From a virus (Duplodnaviria; Heunggongvirae; Uroviricota; Caudoviricetes), in IMG/VR virus record IMGVR_UViG_3300045996_002451, positions 1 through 64,000 of that record: a stretch of 64,000 nucleotides of DNA; one strand, given 5' to 3'. The translations under genes and the position numbers were made by a program. The notes under the pieces were generated by a model that was not told the origin of the DNA, made no database searches, and saw nothing but the letters and a program-made list of their open reading frames with translations. Below, in pieces: positions 1-9,678 of the stretch (position 1 is its first letter; every line of letters starts with the position of its first letter).

Positions 1-9
1 CTGGCAACT

Positions 10-384
10 TTACCCGTTATCGTAAGGGTCGTACGCGTCGCCCACCACGGTCGGTTTTTTGTCAGCGTAGACGAGCTGGTTGAAGTCATGGAGACTGACC
101 CAGAGACGTTTGTTCTTCAGCCAGGAAAGGTCTGACTGCTGAATCAATATTCCTACTAAACGGAGCGAACCCAAGTACTGATACGAGGTGACGCCGAAAC
201 GCGTCCCAGCAGGTACGACCAGGGGAAACTCTTTCCCCCGAGGTATCCGGGAGTCATTGCCACCTGGAACAGGGAGGTGCTTCCGCACTGGTTTGACCTG
301 ATTACCGTAAACCAGGATAAACGTATACGGCTCTGACAGGCTGTACTCCTCTAAAGGAGCAGGCACGTTGAACTGAGGCATCAC
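10..384 (-). CDS. hypothetical protein, PAGT/YDP-tail paralog family
   Basis: VVPAGTRFGV core shared with neighbours; C-terminus AYDPYDNG. Confidence 0.75.
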   Translation of the reverse strand: MMPQFNVPAPLEEYSLSEPYTFILVYGNQVKPVRKHLPVPGGNDSRIPRGKEFPLVVPAGTRFGVTSYQYLGSLRLVGILIQQSDLSWLKNKRLWVSLHDFNQLVYADKKPTVVGDAYDPYDNG

Positions 385-797
385 TCCTCCTCGTTGGGAT
401 CGTAGCCCATCTCCTGAGGAGGCGGGGCGGCTGGAGAATGGGTGGGCAGCGGTTCATGCGGACCCACATATTCTACACCATTCAAGGCTTCCTTGCTAGT
501 GATAACTGCTAGCTTATTCAGGGATGTGTTGGGGCACTCGCTGATCTGGATCCGAAAGCAGCGGGCATCCTTGTCCGCGCTGTTCAGGATGCGTTCCAGC
601 TCCAGTACCGTGCCTGCTGGAATGAGGACTTCGAACTCCCGGTGCCAACCTTTGACCAACGCGCGTTCCGTAGCCTTGGCCTTGCGGGCAAAGGAGACGT
701 TTCCGTCGTTCATGAGAAAAAAGCACTTCCAGTCCTGCACCAGGCGCAGAGACATCCCTGCCCGCACAAAGTGTACGATCGGCATCTTAGTCCTCAC
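381..797 (-). CDS. hypothetical protein, PAGT/YDPNE-tail family
   Basis: LVQDWKCF...LIPAGTVLEL; ends GYDPNEEE; overlaps next start. Confidence 0.8.
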   Translation of the reverse strand: MRTKMPIVHFVRAGMSLRLVQDWKCFFLMNDGNVSFARKAKATERALVKGWHREFEVLIPAGTVLELERILNSADKDARCFRIQISECPNTSLNKLAVITSKEALNGVEYVGPHEPLPTHSPAAPPPQEMGYDPNEEE

Positions 798-1212
798 CTT
801 CGTTCGGGTCGTAGCCCAAAGAGGCTGCTGTCTTAGCCGGAGGTGGCGCGTCTGGATCTACCAGCTCCATCTGTTCCAGATCGTCGGCATAAACGTAGAA
901 CAGCTTCCGGCCAATCTTCGGCAAGGGGCACGACAGGACCTTGAGCCGGGCGGTCCGGTGGCTTCGATTTTCGTAAACCGTGTCCAGCTTTTGCACCTCG
1001 AAGACCGTTCCGGCAGGGAAGGTAATGGGACTGGTAGTTCCAGGACGATAATTCGAAGTCTGGTTGACCGAGTCCCACACGGTGTGCGGTTTTAAGTAAG
1101 GAACCCCGAACGCCTTAGCCAGGTGATCACTGTACGTACGATAAGGAAGCGTAAACGTCCAGTCCTTTTCCAAGGTGATGCGGTCTTTGTAGCCGAGGAT
1201 GCGTACCTTCAT
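787..1212 (-). CDS. hypothetical protein, PAGT/YDPNE-tail family
   Basis: start moved to MKVRIL (ATGA overlap); LEKDWTF...FPAGTVFEV; ends GYDPNEGED. Confidence 0.8.
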   Translation of the reverse strand: MKVRILGYKDRITLEKDWTFTLPYRTYSDHLAKAFGVPYLKPHTVWDSVNQTSNYRPGTTSPITFPAGTVFEVQKLDTVYENRSHRTARLKVLSCPLPKIGRKLFYVYADDLEQMELVDPDAPPPAKTAASLGYDPNEGED

Positions 1213-1601
1213 GCGTCTTCCTCCGTGGGGTCGTAGTCCAGGGCCGCGGGCGCAGACGATGCCACGGGCGCGGTCAGATCCACCCATTCTGCCTCAGCCA
1301 GATTAGCGAAGCGACAGTAGAACAACTTGTTGATTACCCGCGGCGTGGGTCCCGGTACCAAGGGATACGTAATGGCACTTAAGCGCACCCAACGCAGGTT
1401 GGAGGGGATGTTTGCCTCAAACCGGTCTACCGAGAACCGAGTGCCTTTGGGAAAAACGACTTCAGCAACGCTGCGCTTAAACGGGACCCCGAAGGCTTTG
1501 GCAAGTCGCTCGGAGTAGGTGAGGTGAGACTCCAGACGAACCGTCCAGTCCTCGGCCAACTGCAATAGGTCTCCGCGACCTAAAGTACGATACTGCATCA
1601 T
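1209..1601 (-). CDS. hypothetical protein, PAGT/YDPNE-tail family
   Basis: LAEDWTV...TYSERLAKAFGVPF...FPKGTRFSV; ends DYDPTEEDA. Confidence 0.8.
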   Translation of the reverse strand: MMQYRTLGRGDLLQLAEDWTVRLESHLTYSERLAKAFGVPFKRSVAEVVFPKGTRFSVDRFEANIPSNLRWVRLSAITYPLVPGPTPRVINKLFYCRFANLAEAEWVDLTAPVASSAPAALDYDPTEEDA

Positions 1602-1945
1602 TCCTCCTCGTTCGGGTCTGCGGCCATGGCTTCTGCCGACGGTTGCTCCAGGTGGAGCGCGCGCAGAACCTCTTGCTGTTTGGCACGACAGGCTTCGTCA
1701 ACCTGGTGAGGTTCCAGCACGATGAAGTTCTCGGGGTCGTTTACCCGCGTGGTACCAAAAGGTTGGTGCGTCGCCCACTTGCGGTAGTACCAGCCAGTCA
1801 CGTAGGGATGGCCGACGTACCTTCCAGTTTTCCAGTACTTGATCTTCTCAACGATGATCACGAGAACCGAGTTCTGACCACCCGTGACCAAAAAACAGCC
1901 GGGCGTAATCGCCCGGCCAAACAAGTCCTCACACGGTCTCATCAT
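1598..1945 (-). CDS. hypothetical protein with DPNEEE tail
   Basis: coupled ORF; different core but ends ADPNEEE. Confidence 0.7.
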   Translation of the reverse strand: MMRPCEDLFGRAITPGCFLVTGGQNSVLVIIVEKIKYWKTGRYVGHPYVTGWYYRKWATHQPFGTTRVNDPENFIVLEPHQVDEACRAKQQEVLRALHLEQPSAEAMAADPNEEE

Positions 1946-2406
1946 TCGTCCTCGTTCGGATCGTAGTCGTTGCTGAAGGCCGACTGCGTCGGTAAAGGCA
2001 CCCTTGGATCGACGGCATGGAGACCCTCAAACTCATCCACAGTTGCCTGAAAACGCTTCTTCAGCATCGGCTTACACAGTGGATCCGGATGACTGCGTAT
2101 GGTGAGGGTGACGTAGCAGCCACCCTTTTCGGTCAGCAGCAGTCGTTCGACGCGTAATACACAACCCGGAGGGAACGTCAGCACTGGGTTGATCTGCGGG
2201 TCGATGACCTCTTGCATGTAAGGAATCGCGGCCAAGCCGGTAGCCGGATCTTTTTTCCAACACCACCGCAGTTCCTGGTAGCTGGAAGCGGGGAGGTTGC
2301 AGCCGATTCTAGCGAAGCGGTGGTTTTTTGACCGGGCTTCGAGGGTGAAGCTCCAGGGTTGGGCGAGGGTAACTAGCTCGCCCAACCGGGGAAGTCGGTA
2401 CGTCAT
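1942..2406 (-). CDS. hypothetical protein, PAGT/YDPNE-tail family
   Basis: LAQPWSFTL...FPPGCVLRV; ends DYDPNEDE. Confidence 0.8.
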   Translation of the reverse strand: MTYRLPRLGELVTLAQPWSFTLEARSKNHRFARIGCNLPASSYQELRWCWKKDPATGLAAIPYMQEVIDPQINPVLTFPPGCVLRVERLLLTEKGGCYVTLTIRSHPDPLCKPMLKKRFQATVDEFEGLHAVDPRVPLPTQSAFSNDYDPNEDE

Positions 2407-2415
2407 CGCGCACCT

Positions 2416-3438
2416 CTAAAGATCGTCCTCCAGGGTGCTCGCCTGGGCATATTCGGTAACCTGTGTTTCAAAGAAGTTCTCCTTCTTCTTCATATCGATC
2501 TGCTCGGACATCCACGGGAAGGGGTTCTTCGTACCGTAGATCTTGTTCAGGCCGATACGCTCGAGCCTGCGGTCCGCAATGTAGCCGACGTAGTCCTCGA
2601 ACATTCCGGCGTTCAGTCCCAGGATGCCGCGCGGCAGGCACTCCTTAGCGTAGGCGATCTCCAATTGCACGCCTTGCTGGATGTCTCCGTAGATCTGCTG
2701 CTTGAACTCATAGGTCCAGACGTCCGGGTTCTCGGCCTTGATCCCATTGATCAGGTCCACCCCGAAGTTCATGTGGATGCTCTCGTCCCGCATGATGTAG
2801 CGGAACTGCTGGCGGATCCCGGGGAAGTAGTTCCGCTGTCCGAAGTTCAGGATCATCACAAACCCGGAGTAGAACATGATCCCTTCCAGGATCACGTAGA
2901 ACCCGATCAGGTTACGGAGGAAGCGCTGGATGTCCTGGGGTTGCGAGAGATCCAGATTGCCTTCGAGGATGTCCCGGGTCAACGGTACCTCGAACTCCTT
3001 CTTGGCGGCGACCGAGGGGATCTCATTGTACATGTTGAAGATCTCACCTTGATCCAGGCCAAGGGACTCACAGCAGTACATGAATGTGTGCGTGTGAATC
3101 GCCTCTTCTACGGCCTGACGCAGAATGTACTGGCGGCACTCCGGCGCCGAGACCATCTTGTAGATGGCCAGACACAGGTTGTTGGCCACCAAGCTCTCCG
3201 CGGTAGCGAAGAACCCCAGGTTACGCATCAGGACCAGGCGCTCATCTTCACTGAGCTGACTACTCTTCCAGAGCTTGACATCGTCTCCCATGGAGATCTC
3301 TTCCGGGTTCCAGTGATTACGGTTCCCGTTCAGGTAGTGCTCCCATGCCCACTCGTAGCGAAGTGGCATGATCTGATTGACGTCTACGGGGCTGTTGATC
3401 AGCCGCTTCTGCTCTGCGTTGAATCTTCCGTTACTCAT
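2416..3438 (-). CDS. nrdB: ribonucleotide reductase small subunit (class Ic-like R2)
   Basis: [43 protein letters not shown] ferritin-fold metal ligand motifs. Confidence 0.95.
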   Translation of the reverse strand: MSNGRFNAEQKRLINSPVDVNQIMPLRYEWAWEHYLNGNRNHWNPEEISMGDDVKLWKSSQLSEDERLVLMRNLGFFATAESLVANNLCLAIYKMVSAPECRQYILRQAVEEAIHTHTFMYCCESLGLDQGEIFNMYNEIPSVAAKKEFEVPLTRDILEGNLDLSQPQDIQRFLRNLIGFYVILEGIMFYSGFVMILNFGQRNYFPGIRQQFRYIMRDESIHMNFGVDLINGIKAENPDVWTYEFKQQIYGDIQQGVQLEIAYAKECLPRGILGLNAGMFEDYVGYIADRRLERIGLNKIYGTKNPFPWMSEQIDMKKKENFFETQVTEYAQASTLEDDL

Positions 3439-3496
3439 AGTGCTCTACTGGTTCAGCTCGTTGGTAATAGGTCTACTTGATTAACGCTAGCCCGGA

Positions 3497-3973
3497 CTAC
3501 ACGCCCTGGGCTAGGTCTTCGGGTCGACGGGGTCGGATGTCTTCCCCGGTTGCACGGAGGGCTTTGGCCTCCTTCAGGTTGAGGGTACGCTCGCCTTTAC
3601 GCGCGAAGTACACTTCGTACCCGTACGTTTCCGCGGAGAGGATCAAGGCATCGATGTCGTCCCAATCGTACAGGGTGCCTTGGCCGCGTTCCAGATAAAA
3701 CTTCATCCGCTCGGCACTCTGCACGAGGTCGGGTCGGGGCGTCAATTGGATGCGCACCTGCTTTTGTTCGGTCGCTTCCCATACCCGGCGCTCTCCGTTG
3801 ACGTTGGCGGTGCCCATCCCTGCATCTTCCCGCCAGACGTGGAAGTAGCCTTTCCTGGGGCCCTTACTCGAAAGGCGGTAGTATTGGTTAGTGTCACGGC
3901 TGTAGACGCGGAAACCACGGATGTCGTTCTCCCGTCCAGCCGCTTTTAGCAGTTCCGGAATCGTACTCTTCAT
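3497..3973 (-). CDS. hypothetical protein
   Basis: ORF in co-oriented array; start moved to MKSTIP. Confidence 0.65.
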   Translation of the reverse strand: MKSTIPELLKAAGRENDIRGFRVYSRDTNQYYRLSSKGPRKGYFHVWREDAGMGTANVNGERRVWEATEQKQVRIQLTPRPDLVQSAERMKFYLERGQGTLYDWDDIDALILSAETYGYEVYFARKGERTLNLKEAKALRATGEDIRPRRPEDLAQGV

Positions 3974-3974
3974 T

Positions 3975-4511
3975 TCAGCACTCTCGATCTCCTTGGAAAA
4001 ACTCTCGCCAGGGGGTAAACACCGCGCCCTTCCAAAAGCCCCAGGACTTTTTCTTTCCCGAGACAAAGCAAAGGCTCCAGGTCTTCTTCCCTTCGTCCAT
4101 GAGGACCCGGTGGGTATGCGCCGCGTCCATGTAACGGAAGCTACCCGGACCGTACCACATCTTCATGCGGGTCAGGTAGACGGAGTTGGGATGCGTCGCC
4201 TTGGCCCGGTCCTTCGCATCAAACACGAACGTCTCTTCCCAGTAACCCCCTGCCAAGATGAGGCTGGTGAAGTTCCAGGGATGGTCGTGCAGACAGCGGT
4301 CGTTGTCGGGTCGCACAATCTCGTGGATGTAAAGACCGCCCAACGGGGTACGGCAAAGCATGAAGCGGCGCAGGTACAGCTCACCTGGATGATCGAAGTC
4401 CATGATGTCTTGCCGCTTGAAGGCAAGCCACTTTAGATGCGGCTGACCCGGAGCTGGATCAGGAAGGAGGGGAAACACTCTCAGGGCCAGGCGATATAGC
4501 CAGTCTTTCAT
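3975..4511 (-). CDS. cupin-like phage protein
   Basis: LHDHPWNFTSLILAGGYWEE...HTHRV cupin signature. Confidence 0.75.
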   Translation of the reverse strand: MKDWLYRLALRVFPLLPDPAPGQPHLKWLAFKRQDIMDFDHPGELYLRRFMLCRTPLGGLYIHEIVRPDNDRCLHDHPWNFTSLILAGGYWEETFVFDAKDRAKATHPNSVYLTRMKMWYGPGSFRYMDAAHTHRVLMDEGKKTWSLCFVSGKKKSWGFWKGAVFTPWREFFQGDREC

Positions 4512-4522
4512 CTAACGCACCT

Positions 4523-4729
4523 CTAAATAATCTTGGCCGTGCTGACCTTCTGGCACGACGGACAGTGTAAGTACGCGGAGAGCTGGCGATCGGTGCGATC
4601 ACAACCTGCCCACTCGTAACTTTCGATATCGAACTCCCAGTCCAACTCTCGCAGCGGTCTTTCGACTTCTAGTTGACAGTGCGGACAAGTCCAACACACG
4701 CTCACTACGAGCGCACACGTTTCTCCCAC
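4523..4729 (-). CDS. small zinc-ribbon protein
   Basis: CPHC...CPSC; GAGG RBS before GTG. Confidence 0.6.
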   Translation of the reverse strand: MGETCALVVSVCWTCPHCQLEVERPLRELDWEFDIESYEWAGCDRTDRQLSAYLHCPSCQKVSTAKII

Positions 4730-4753
4730 ACGGCACCTCTTGTTACACGGGTA

Positions 4754-5062
4754 TCAACGCCAGAACATCCACCAAGGCTTCTGCTTAGCGCGCAGTCTTC
4801 GGACCTCGAAGTACCAGTCGTTCGGCACCGCGTAGCGATCTCGATCCTGGTGTAGCGTTGCACGCCAGCCATGTTCGGCCAACAGTGCGTTAAGCTCCTG
4901 CATGTTCGCGTTCTTCTCGGTAAGCCGCGTAGAAACAATCAGCGGTTTATCGTTGTAATGATGGTACAGTTGGTTGTTGACTAAGCTCAAGGCTTCTGCC
5001 AACCAGATCTTGCGGCGTCTTTCCAACTGTTCCATGATCACCTCAAAGGAATGAAACTCCAT
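4754..5062 (-). CDS. hypothetical protein
   Basis: ORF with AGGAG RBS. Confidence 0.65.
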   Translation of the reverse strand: MEFHSFEVIMEQLERRRKIWLAEALSLVNNQLYHHYNDKPLIVSTRLTEKNANMQELNALLAEHGWRATLHQDRDRYAVPNDWYFEVRRLRAKQKPWWMFWR

Positions 5063-5083
5063 TGCTGTAAGTACTCCTAACGA

Positions 5084-5111
5084 AAGCAGGGGCTCCTAGG
5101 AGCCCCTGCTT
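5084..5111. terminator. perfect 28-bp palindrome, probable terminator
   Basis: AAGCAGGGGCTCCTAGGAGCCCCTGCTT between genes. Confidence 0.55.
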
Positions 5112-5117
5112 GCTTTG

Positions 5118-5363
5118 CTAGATGTCTGGTCGCTTGACTCCGTGTTCGGCTTGCCAAGCTTCAGCCCGAGCTATCTGTTCGTCTATCGCCGTCAAGATTT
5201 TCCAGTCTACAACGACCGGATCTGCCATGACGATCTGTCGGTAGTACTGGAGCATATAGACGAAGTTCTGATCCTGGGCCCGCAAAAGAAAGACCGGTTC
5301 GTCTGCACCAATCTTTCCTTCGGGGTCCTGGATCCGGTTGTAGTCTGCTCGCGCGTGGATCAT
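5118..5363 (-). CDS. hypothetical phage protein (DEPVFLLRAQD)
   Basis: start MIHARAD after GAGG RBS. Confidence 0.65.
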   Translation of the reverse strand: MIHARADYNRIQDPEGKIGADEPVFLLRAQDQNFVYMLQYYRQIVMADPVVVDWKILTAIDEQIARAEAWQAEHGVKRPDI

Positions 5364-5370
5364 AGCTACC

Positions 5371-8211
5371 TCACTGGCAACTTTCGCAGTCAGGGTTATC
5401 CAGGCGGCATGCCTGCATCCCCGGCTGCTCGACGTCACGGGCGATCGCCACGTCGGAGGAAGCACTCTTGCTCTTCATCCAGCTAGGTTGTACCCCGTAC
5501 TTGTTCACGTCCACGGTGCTCTTCTCGATGTCCGTGGCGCTTTTGGTACGCAGGTAGTAGGTGGTCTTGAGCCCTTCTTCCCAGGCCGCGACATAAATGT
5601 CACGGAGCGCCTTCATCGAGGTACCGGAGTACCAGATGTTGGTGCTTTGTGCCTGGTCGATCCACTTCTGCCGGACGGCTGCCGCGCGAATGACCCAGAT
5701 CGGATCGATCTCGTAGCAGGTCTTGTACTTGCGCTTCAAGTGCTCCGGCACGCGTTCCAACTGCTGCACGCTGCCGTTGTAGTACTTCAGGTCGGAGACC
5801 AGGTCCTCGTCCCACAGTCCCAGTGCCTTCAGATCACGTACCAGGAACTCATTGACCTGGGTGAAGTCACCGGACATGGTCGACTCCGAGTAGAGATTAT
5901 ACTGCGGAGGTTCGGTTACCGGGTAGGTCCCGATGATGTTGCCGATGGTGGCCGTCGGTGCCAGGGCCATGTGGTTGGACTGGCGCAGCCCGTGCCGCAT
6001 GACATCCGCCTTCAGCTCATCCCAGTTCAGCGTGCTGCTGCGGTTGACCTTGCTGACTTCACCCCGCTCCTGGTCCATCAGTGCCAGCGTGTCGAGTGGG
6101 AAGATCCCGCGGCTCCACTTGCTGCCTGGGAAGCTGGAGTAGGCACCCTTCTCCTGGGCCAGCTCGCAACTTGCCGAAAGGTGCGCGTGGCTAATGATCT
6201 CCATCAGGCGATCACTGAACTCCACCGCTTCCCAGCTCTCGAATGGGATGTCCATCATGAAGAGCGCGTCCTGCAGGCCCATCATTCCCAGACCTACCGG
6301 TCGGTGGCGCTTGTTGGAGCGTTCCGCTTCCGGGATCGGGTAAAGGTTCTGGTCGATCACGTCGTCCAGGGCCCGCGCTGCGATGCGTACCGACTTACAC
6401 AGTTTCGGTACGTCCAGTACCCAGTCGCCATTAGGCATCTGCATCAGGTGATTGGAGATCACGAGGGAGCCGAGGTTGCAGACTGCCACCTCTTCATCAC
6501 CGTCATCAGCAGGTCGGTAACCATTCGGGATCACCACCCGATCAAAGTCGGTCTTGATGAAGTCCGGAATCTGTTTCGGGGTCCCGGTGTTCAGGGTGAT
6601 CTCGGTGCAGAGATTGCTGGAATGGATGACGCCCATGTGGTCTTGTGGCGAGCGCACGTTACACGGGTCTTTGTAGACCAGCCACGGGCGTCCCGTTTCG
6701 AACACCATCTGGATCATCTTGCGCATCAGGTCTTTAGCCGGGATGAACCGAGCGCTTTTCAGCTTCCCGGCCCGAGCCAAAGCCTCATACTCTTCGTAGC
6801 GCCGTTTGAACGCAGCCCCGTACAGTTCCGGTAGGTCCGGAGCCTCGTCCGGGCTGATCAGCATCCATTCTTCTTCGGCGATCAGGCGCTGCATGAACAG
6901 GTCGTTCACCCAGACTGCGAGGTTCAGGTTCTTGACGCGGCGACGCTCGTCTCCGGTGTTGCGGCGAGCTTCGATGAAGTCTTCGATGTCCCGGTGCCAG
7001 GTCTCGGCGTAGACAACCCAGGCGCCTTTGCGCTTACCGCCCTGGTCCACCGCGCCGCACGTAGCGTCCCAGATCTTCAGCCATGGCAGCAGTCCGGAGG
7101 ACGTGCCGTTGGTGCCTTTGATCAAGGCGTTCATGCCGCGGATCTTGCTGCCGTTGACACCCAGACCGCCGCTCCACTTGGAAAGCATCCCAGTCTTGTA
7201 GGGCACCATCAGGATGTCCTTCAAGCTGTCTTCGCAGTCCAGAATGAAACAGGAAGAGAGCTGGGGAGAAAGCGTTCCGGCGTTGAACAGGGTCGGCGTG
7301 CTCGGACAGTAGAGCTGTTGGCTGAGGATGGCGTAGAACTGCGCGGCCCACTCGGTCCGGACCTCGGGGTGCTCGTTTAACGCCAGACCCATGGCGACGC
7401 GCATCCAGAACCACTGTGGCAGCTCGAAGCGGCGCCCGTCTTCATGGAGGAGGTAGCGATCGTAAATGGTGTGGGTGCCGAAGTACTTGAACCGGAAGTC
7501 TTCTTTGGCGTCGAAGGTTAAAGCCAGCCGGTCCAGGTCAAAGTCCAGCAGCCGGGGGTCCAGACGCTTGGCCGCAACACCGGTCTCCAGGTAGCGACGG
7601 AACTCGCGTCCGTACAACACCTGCATGTCTTCGTTGGTAGCCGGAGCGCCGAGGGCCTCTTCGTACAAGAACTCCAGTTGGATCCGAGAGGCCATGTAGC
7701 TGTAGTCGGGATCCTGCTCGATGCGCGCTCTCGCTGCCTGTACGAGGGCCTGCTGTACTTCTTTGACGGGGGCACCCTGATACAAGGCACGCTGGGCGTC
7801 GGCAAGGACCTCGGCCACAGAGACGCCGTCCAGGTTGCGGGCAGCACGGTGGACGGTAGCGACAAAGCGCTCTGGGATGGGGCCTTTAGCGGCTCGCTCG
7901 CGTTCGCGCTCGGAGCGGTAACGAATGTAAGCTCGGGCGGCTTCGTACTGCCCGGACTCCATCAGGGCGGTCTCGACCATGTCTTGGATGGCTTCGATGT
8001 AGACCGGCCAGCTATTGGCCTTTTCCAGTTGGGTCTCGACCAGCTCGGCTACTTCGACGGCGATGGTGCCCGAAGTGATGCCGGTATGTTCCAGTCCTTC
8101 ATGGAGGCACTTGTAGACGGCGTGTTGGATCTTGCTGCGATCGTAAGGCTGGCGCCGTCCGTCGCGCTTTACGATCTCGCGAACGGAGACCGCGTAGGAC
8201 TGACTACTCAT
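5371..8211 (-). CDS. nrdA: ribonucleotide reductase class I large subunit with N-terminal ATP-cone(s)
   Basis: IVKRDG cone, TPTLFNAG, SSCF, SNLCTEI, VCNLGS, APTATI, KTTYYLR, C-terminal CxxC. Confidence 0.97.
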   Translation of the reverse strand: MSSQSYAVSVREIVKRDGRRQPYDRSKIQHAVYKCLHEGLEHTGITSGTIAVEVAELVETQLEKANSWPVYIEAIQDMVETALMESGQYEAARAYIRYRSERERERAAKGPIPERFVATVHRAARNLDGVSVAEVLADAQRALYQGAPVKEVQQALVQAARARIEQDPDYSYMASRIQLEFLYEEALGAPATNEDMQVLYGREFRRYLETGVAAKRLDPRLLDFDLDRLALTFDAKEDFRFKYFGTHTIYDRYLLHEDGRRFELPQWFWMRVAMGLALNEHPEVRTEWAAQFYAILSQQLYCPSTPTLFNAGTLSPQLSSCFILDCEDSLKDILMVPYKTGMLSKWSGGLGVNGSKIRGMNALIKGTNGTSSGLLPWLKIWDATCGAVDQGGKRKGAWVVYAETWHRDIEDFIEARRNTGDERRRVKNLNLAVWVNDLFMQRLIAEEEWMLISPDEAPDLPELYGAAFKRRYEEYEALARAGKLKSARFIPAKDLMRKMIQMVFETGRPWLVYKDPCNVRSPQDHMGVIHSSNLCTEITLNTGTPKQIPDFIKTDFDRVVIPNGYRPADDGDEEVAVCNLGSLVISNHLMQMPNGDWVLDVPKLCKSVRIAARALDDVIDQNLYPIPEAERSNKRHRPVGLGMMGLQDALFMMDIPFESWEAVEFSDRLMEIISHAHLSASCELAQEKGAYSSFPGSKWSRGIFPLDTLALMDQERGEVSKVNRSSTLNWDELKADVMRHGLRQSNHMALAPTATIGNIIGTYPVTEPPQYNLYSESTMSGDFTQVNEFLVRDLKALGLWDEDLVSDLKYYNGSVQQLERVPEHLKRKYKTCYEIDPIWVIRAAAVRQKWIDQAQSTNIWYSGTSMKALRDIYVAAWEEGLKTTYYLRTKSATDIEKSTVDVNKYGVQPSWMKSKSASSDVAIARDVEQPGMQACRLDNPDCESCQ

Positions 8212-8316
8212 TACAGGTCCTTCGGTGGTAAGTAGGGGGATCCCCAGGTGTCACTGCTAAAGGTCACGAACCTTTATTTCCGCAGGGCACCCTGGGAATG
8301 AGGAGCAGGAAACAGA

Positions 8317-8604
8317 CTACTTGGGGTATTGCGCACCGTATTTGGTGTAATGCTGCTTGGCCAGCGGAATCTGGTTGCTGTCGTCGAAGGTACCGGGACG
8401 CTCAGCGTTCTCCAGGTAGACGCCGACGCAGTCTTCAAACTTGATCTCGGTACCATCTCGACCGAGGGCACCACTCTGCTTACGGCCCAAGACGAAGAGG
8501 CGCTCGTTGGGAATGTCCCAGCGGCTGATGTTTCCGATGATGTCGGCGGCGTTGTTATAGCGAGACCGTGCCGCGGGCTTGAGACGAACTTTGCAAAGTT
8601 TCAT
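8317..8604 (-). CDS. hypothetical protein
   Basis: ORF MKLCKV... Confidence 0.5.
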   Translation of the reverse strand: MKLCKVRLKPAARSRYNNAADIIGNISRWDIPNERLFVLGRKQSGALGRDGTEIKFEDCVGVYLENAERPGTFDDSNQIPLAKQHYTKYGAQYPK

Positions 8605-8745
8605 AGTGTTTAGAGACGACAAGGGCGCTGCAACCAGCGAGTGCGGATGCAGCGCCAAAACTGAGAACGGACGGTTCGATGTCCCCTTCAGTTTACCCTG
8701 CGGAGTCGGGAGCAGCAGTCCGCTTCCCGGCTGAGGTATGACGCG

Positions 8746-9144
8746 TCATACAGACTCGCAGATCCCAGGCGGGTTGTCAAGAGAGTTTAGCAAGTCAGCC
8801 CTCGGTAAGGTAGCTAGAGCGTCAGGGAACGTTTCCCGGACCAGAAACAGGTTCCAGACGCGGGTGATCTCCAAGACCCGACGAACGCGCACTTCCGTGA
8901 TGACCAGGCGTAGCTGAAGGTAGCGATCGGTCAGTCGTTTGAGCAGGCTGATGAGCACACCCACTCCGACCGAGTCGATCTGGTCGACGGCGCTGAGGTC
9001 CAACACGACATTTCCGGAACGCTGTTCCAGGCAGCCCATCACCTCCTGACGGAGGTGGGGCGCTTCAAACACCGTCAACTGTCCTGAGAGACGCAGCACC
9101 CACGTACCGCTTTCCAGATACTGCGTCTCTACTTGCAACATCAT
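8746..9144 (-). CDS. STAS-domain anti-anti-sigma factor (SpoIIAA/RsbV-like)
   Basis: VVLDLSAVDQIDSVGVGVL with phosphorylatable Ser; VRRVLEIT. Confidence 0.9.
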   Translation of the reverse strand: MMLQVETQYLESGTWVLRLSGQLTVFEAPHLRQEVMGCLEQRSGNVVLDLSAVDQIDSVGVGVLISLLKRLTDRYLQLRLVITEVRVRRVLEITRVWNLFLVRETFPDALATLPRADLLNSLDNPPGICESV

Positions 9145-9153
9145 CCCAGACTC

Positions 9154-9678
9154 CTATCTCTGTGCCGGTTCCAGGTAGTACTTCTTCAGCTCGGTCGAAG
9201 CCGTCTTCTCGAGTTTTCGAAGCTCCGCCAGCGCAGGGATCGCCCAGGTATCAAGCTGCCCCGCCTTTTCCAGCTCCGCCAGCTCGCCCATGTTTACCCA
9301 GCGCTGTTCGGTACACTTCGTGGGTTCTACAATACGCAGCGTACCGATATTCCCAAAGAGCGGCAAGCAGAAGAAGACGTGGTTGTGCCAGTGGTGCCCT
9401 GTGTCCGGGTAGATGATCTCGATCATCGGTAGCCGGAGTAGGGGGTACACGACAAGGTTGGTTTCTTCAAACACTTCCCGGCTTACAGCAGTCTCAATCG
9501 GCTCACCGAGGTCTTGCTTGCCCCCGGGAAACTCCCAGAGACCTACGTCGTACGGACAGGCGGGACCCCGCCGCTGAATCAAGAGAGTACCGTCCAGCGG
9601 ATGCTGGATGAGGGCGCCTACACCGATGCCGATAAAGTCTCGGCCATGCTTGAGCTGCGCCACGTTTTGTGTTTCCAT
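9154..9678 (-). CDS. NUDIX hydrolase
   Basis: Nudix box GGKQDLGEPIETAVSREVFEETNL. Confidence 0.92.
   Translation of the reverse strand: METQNVAQLKHGRDFIGIGVGALIQHPLDGTLLIQRRGPACPYDVGLWEFPGGKQDLGEPIETAVSREVFEETNLVVYPLLRLPMIEIIYPDTGHHWHNHVFFCLPLFGNIGTLRIVEPTKCTEQRWVNMGELAELEKAGQLDTWAIPALAELRKLEKTASTELKKYYLEPAQR

Noticed and set aside
5488-6834. Long plus-strand ORFs (also 16039, 29365, 35099, 58037, 61720)
   Set aside because: Antisense shadows of GC-rich minus-strand genes; no recognisable motifs.
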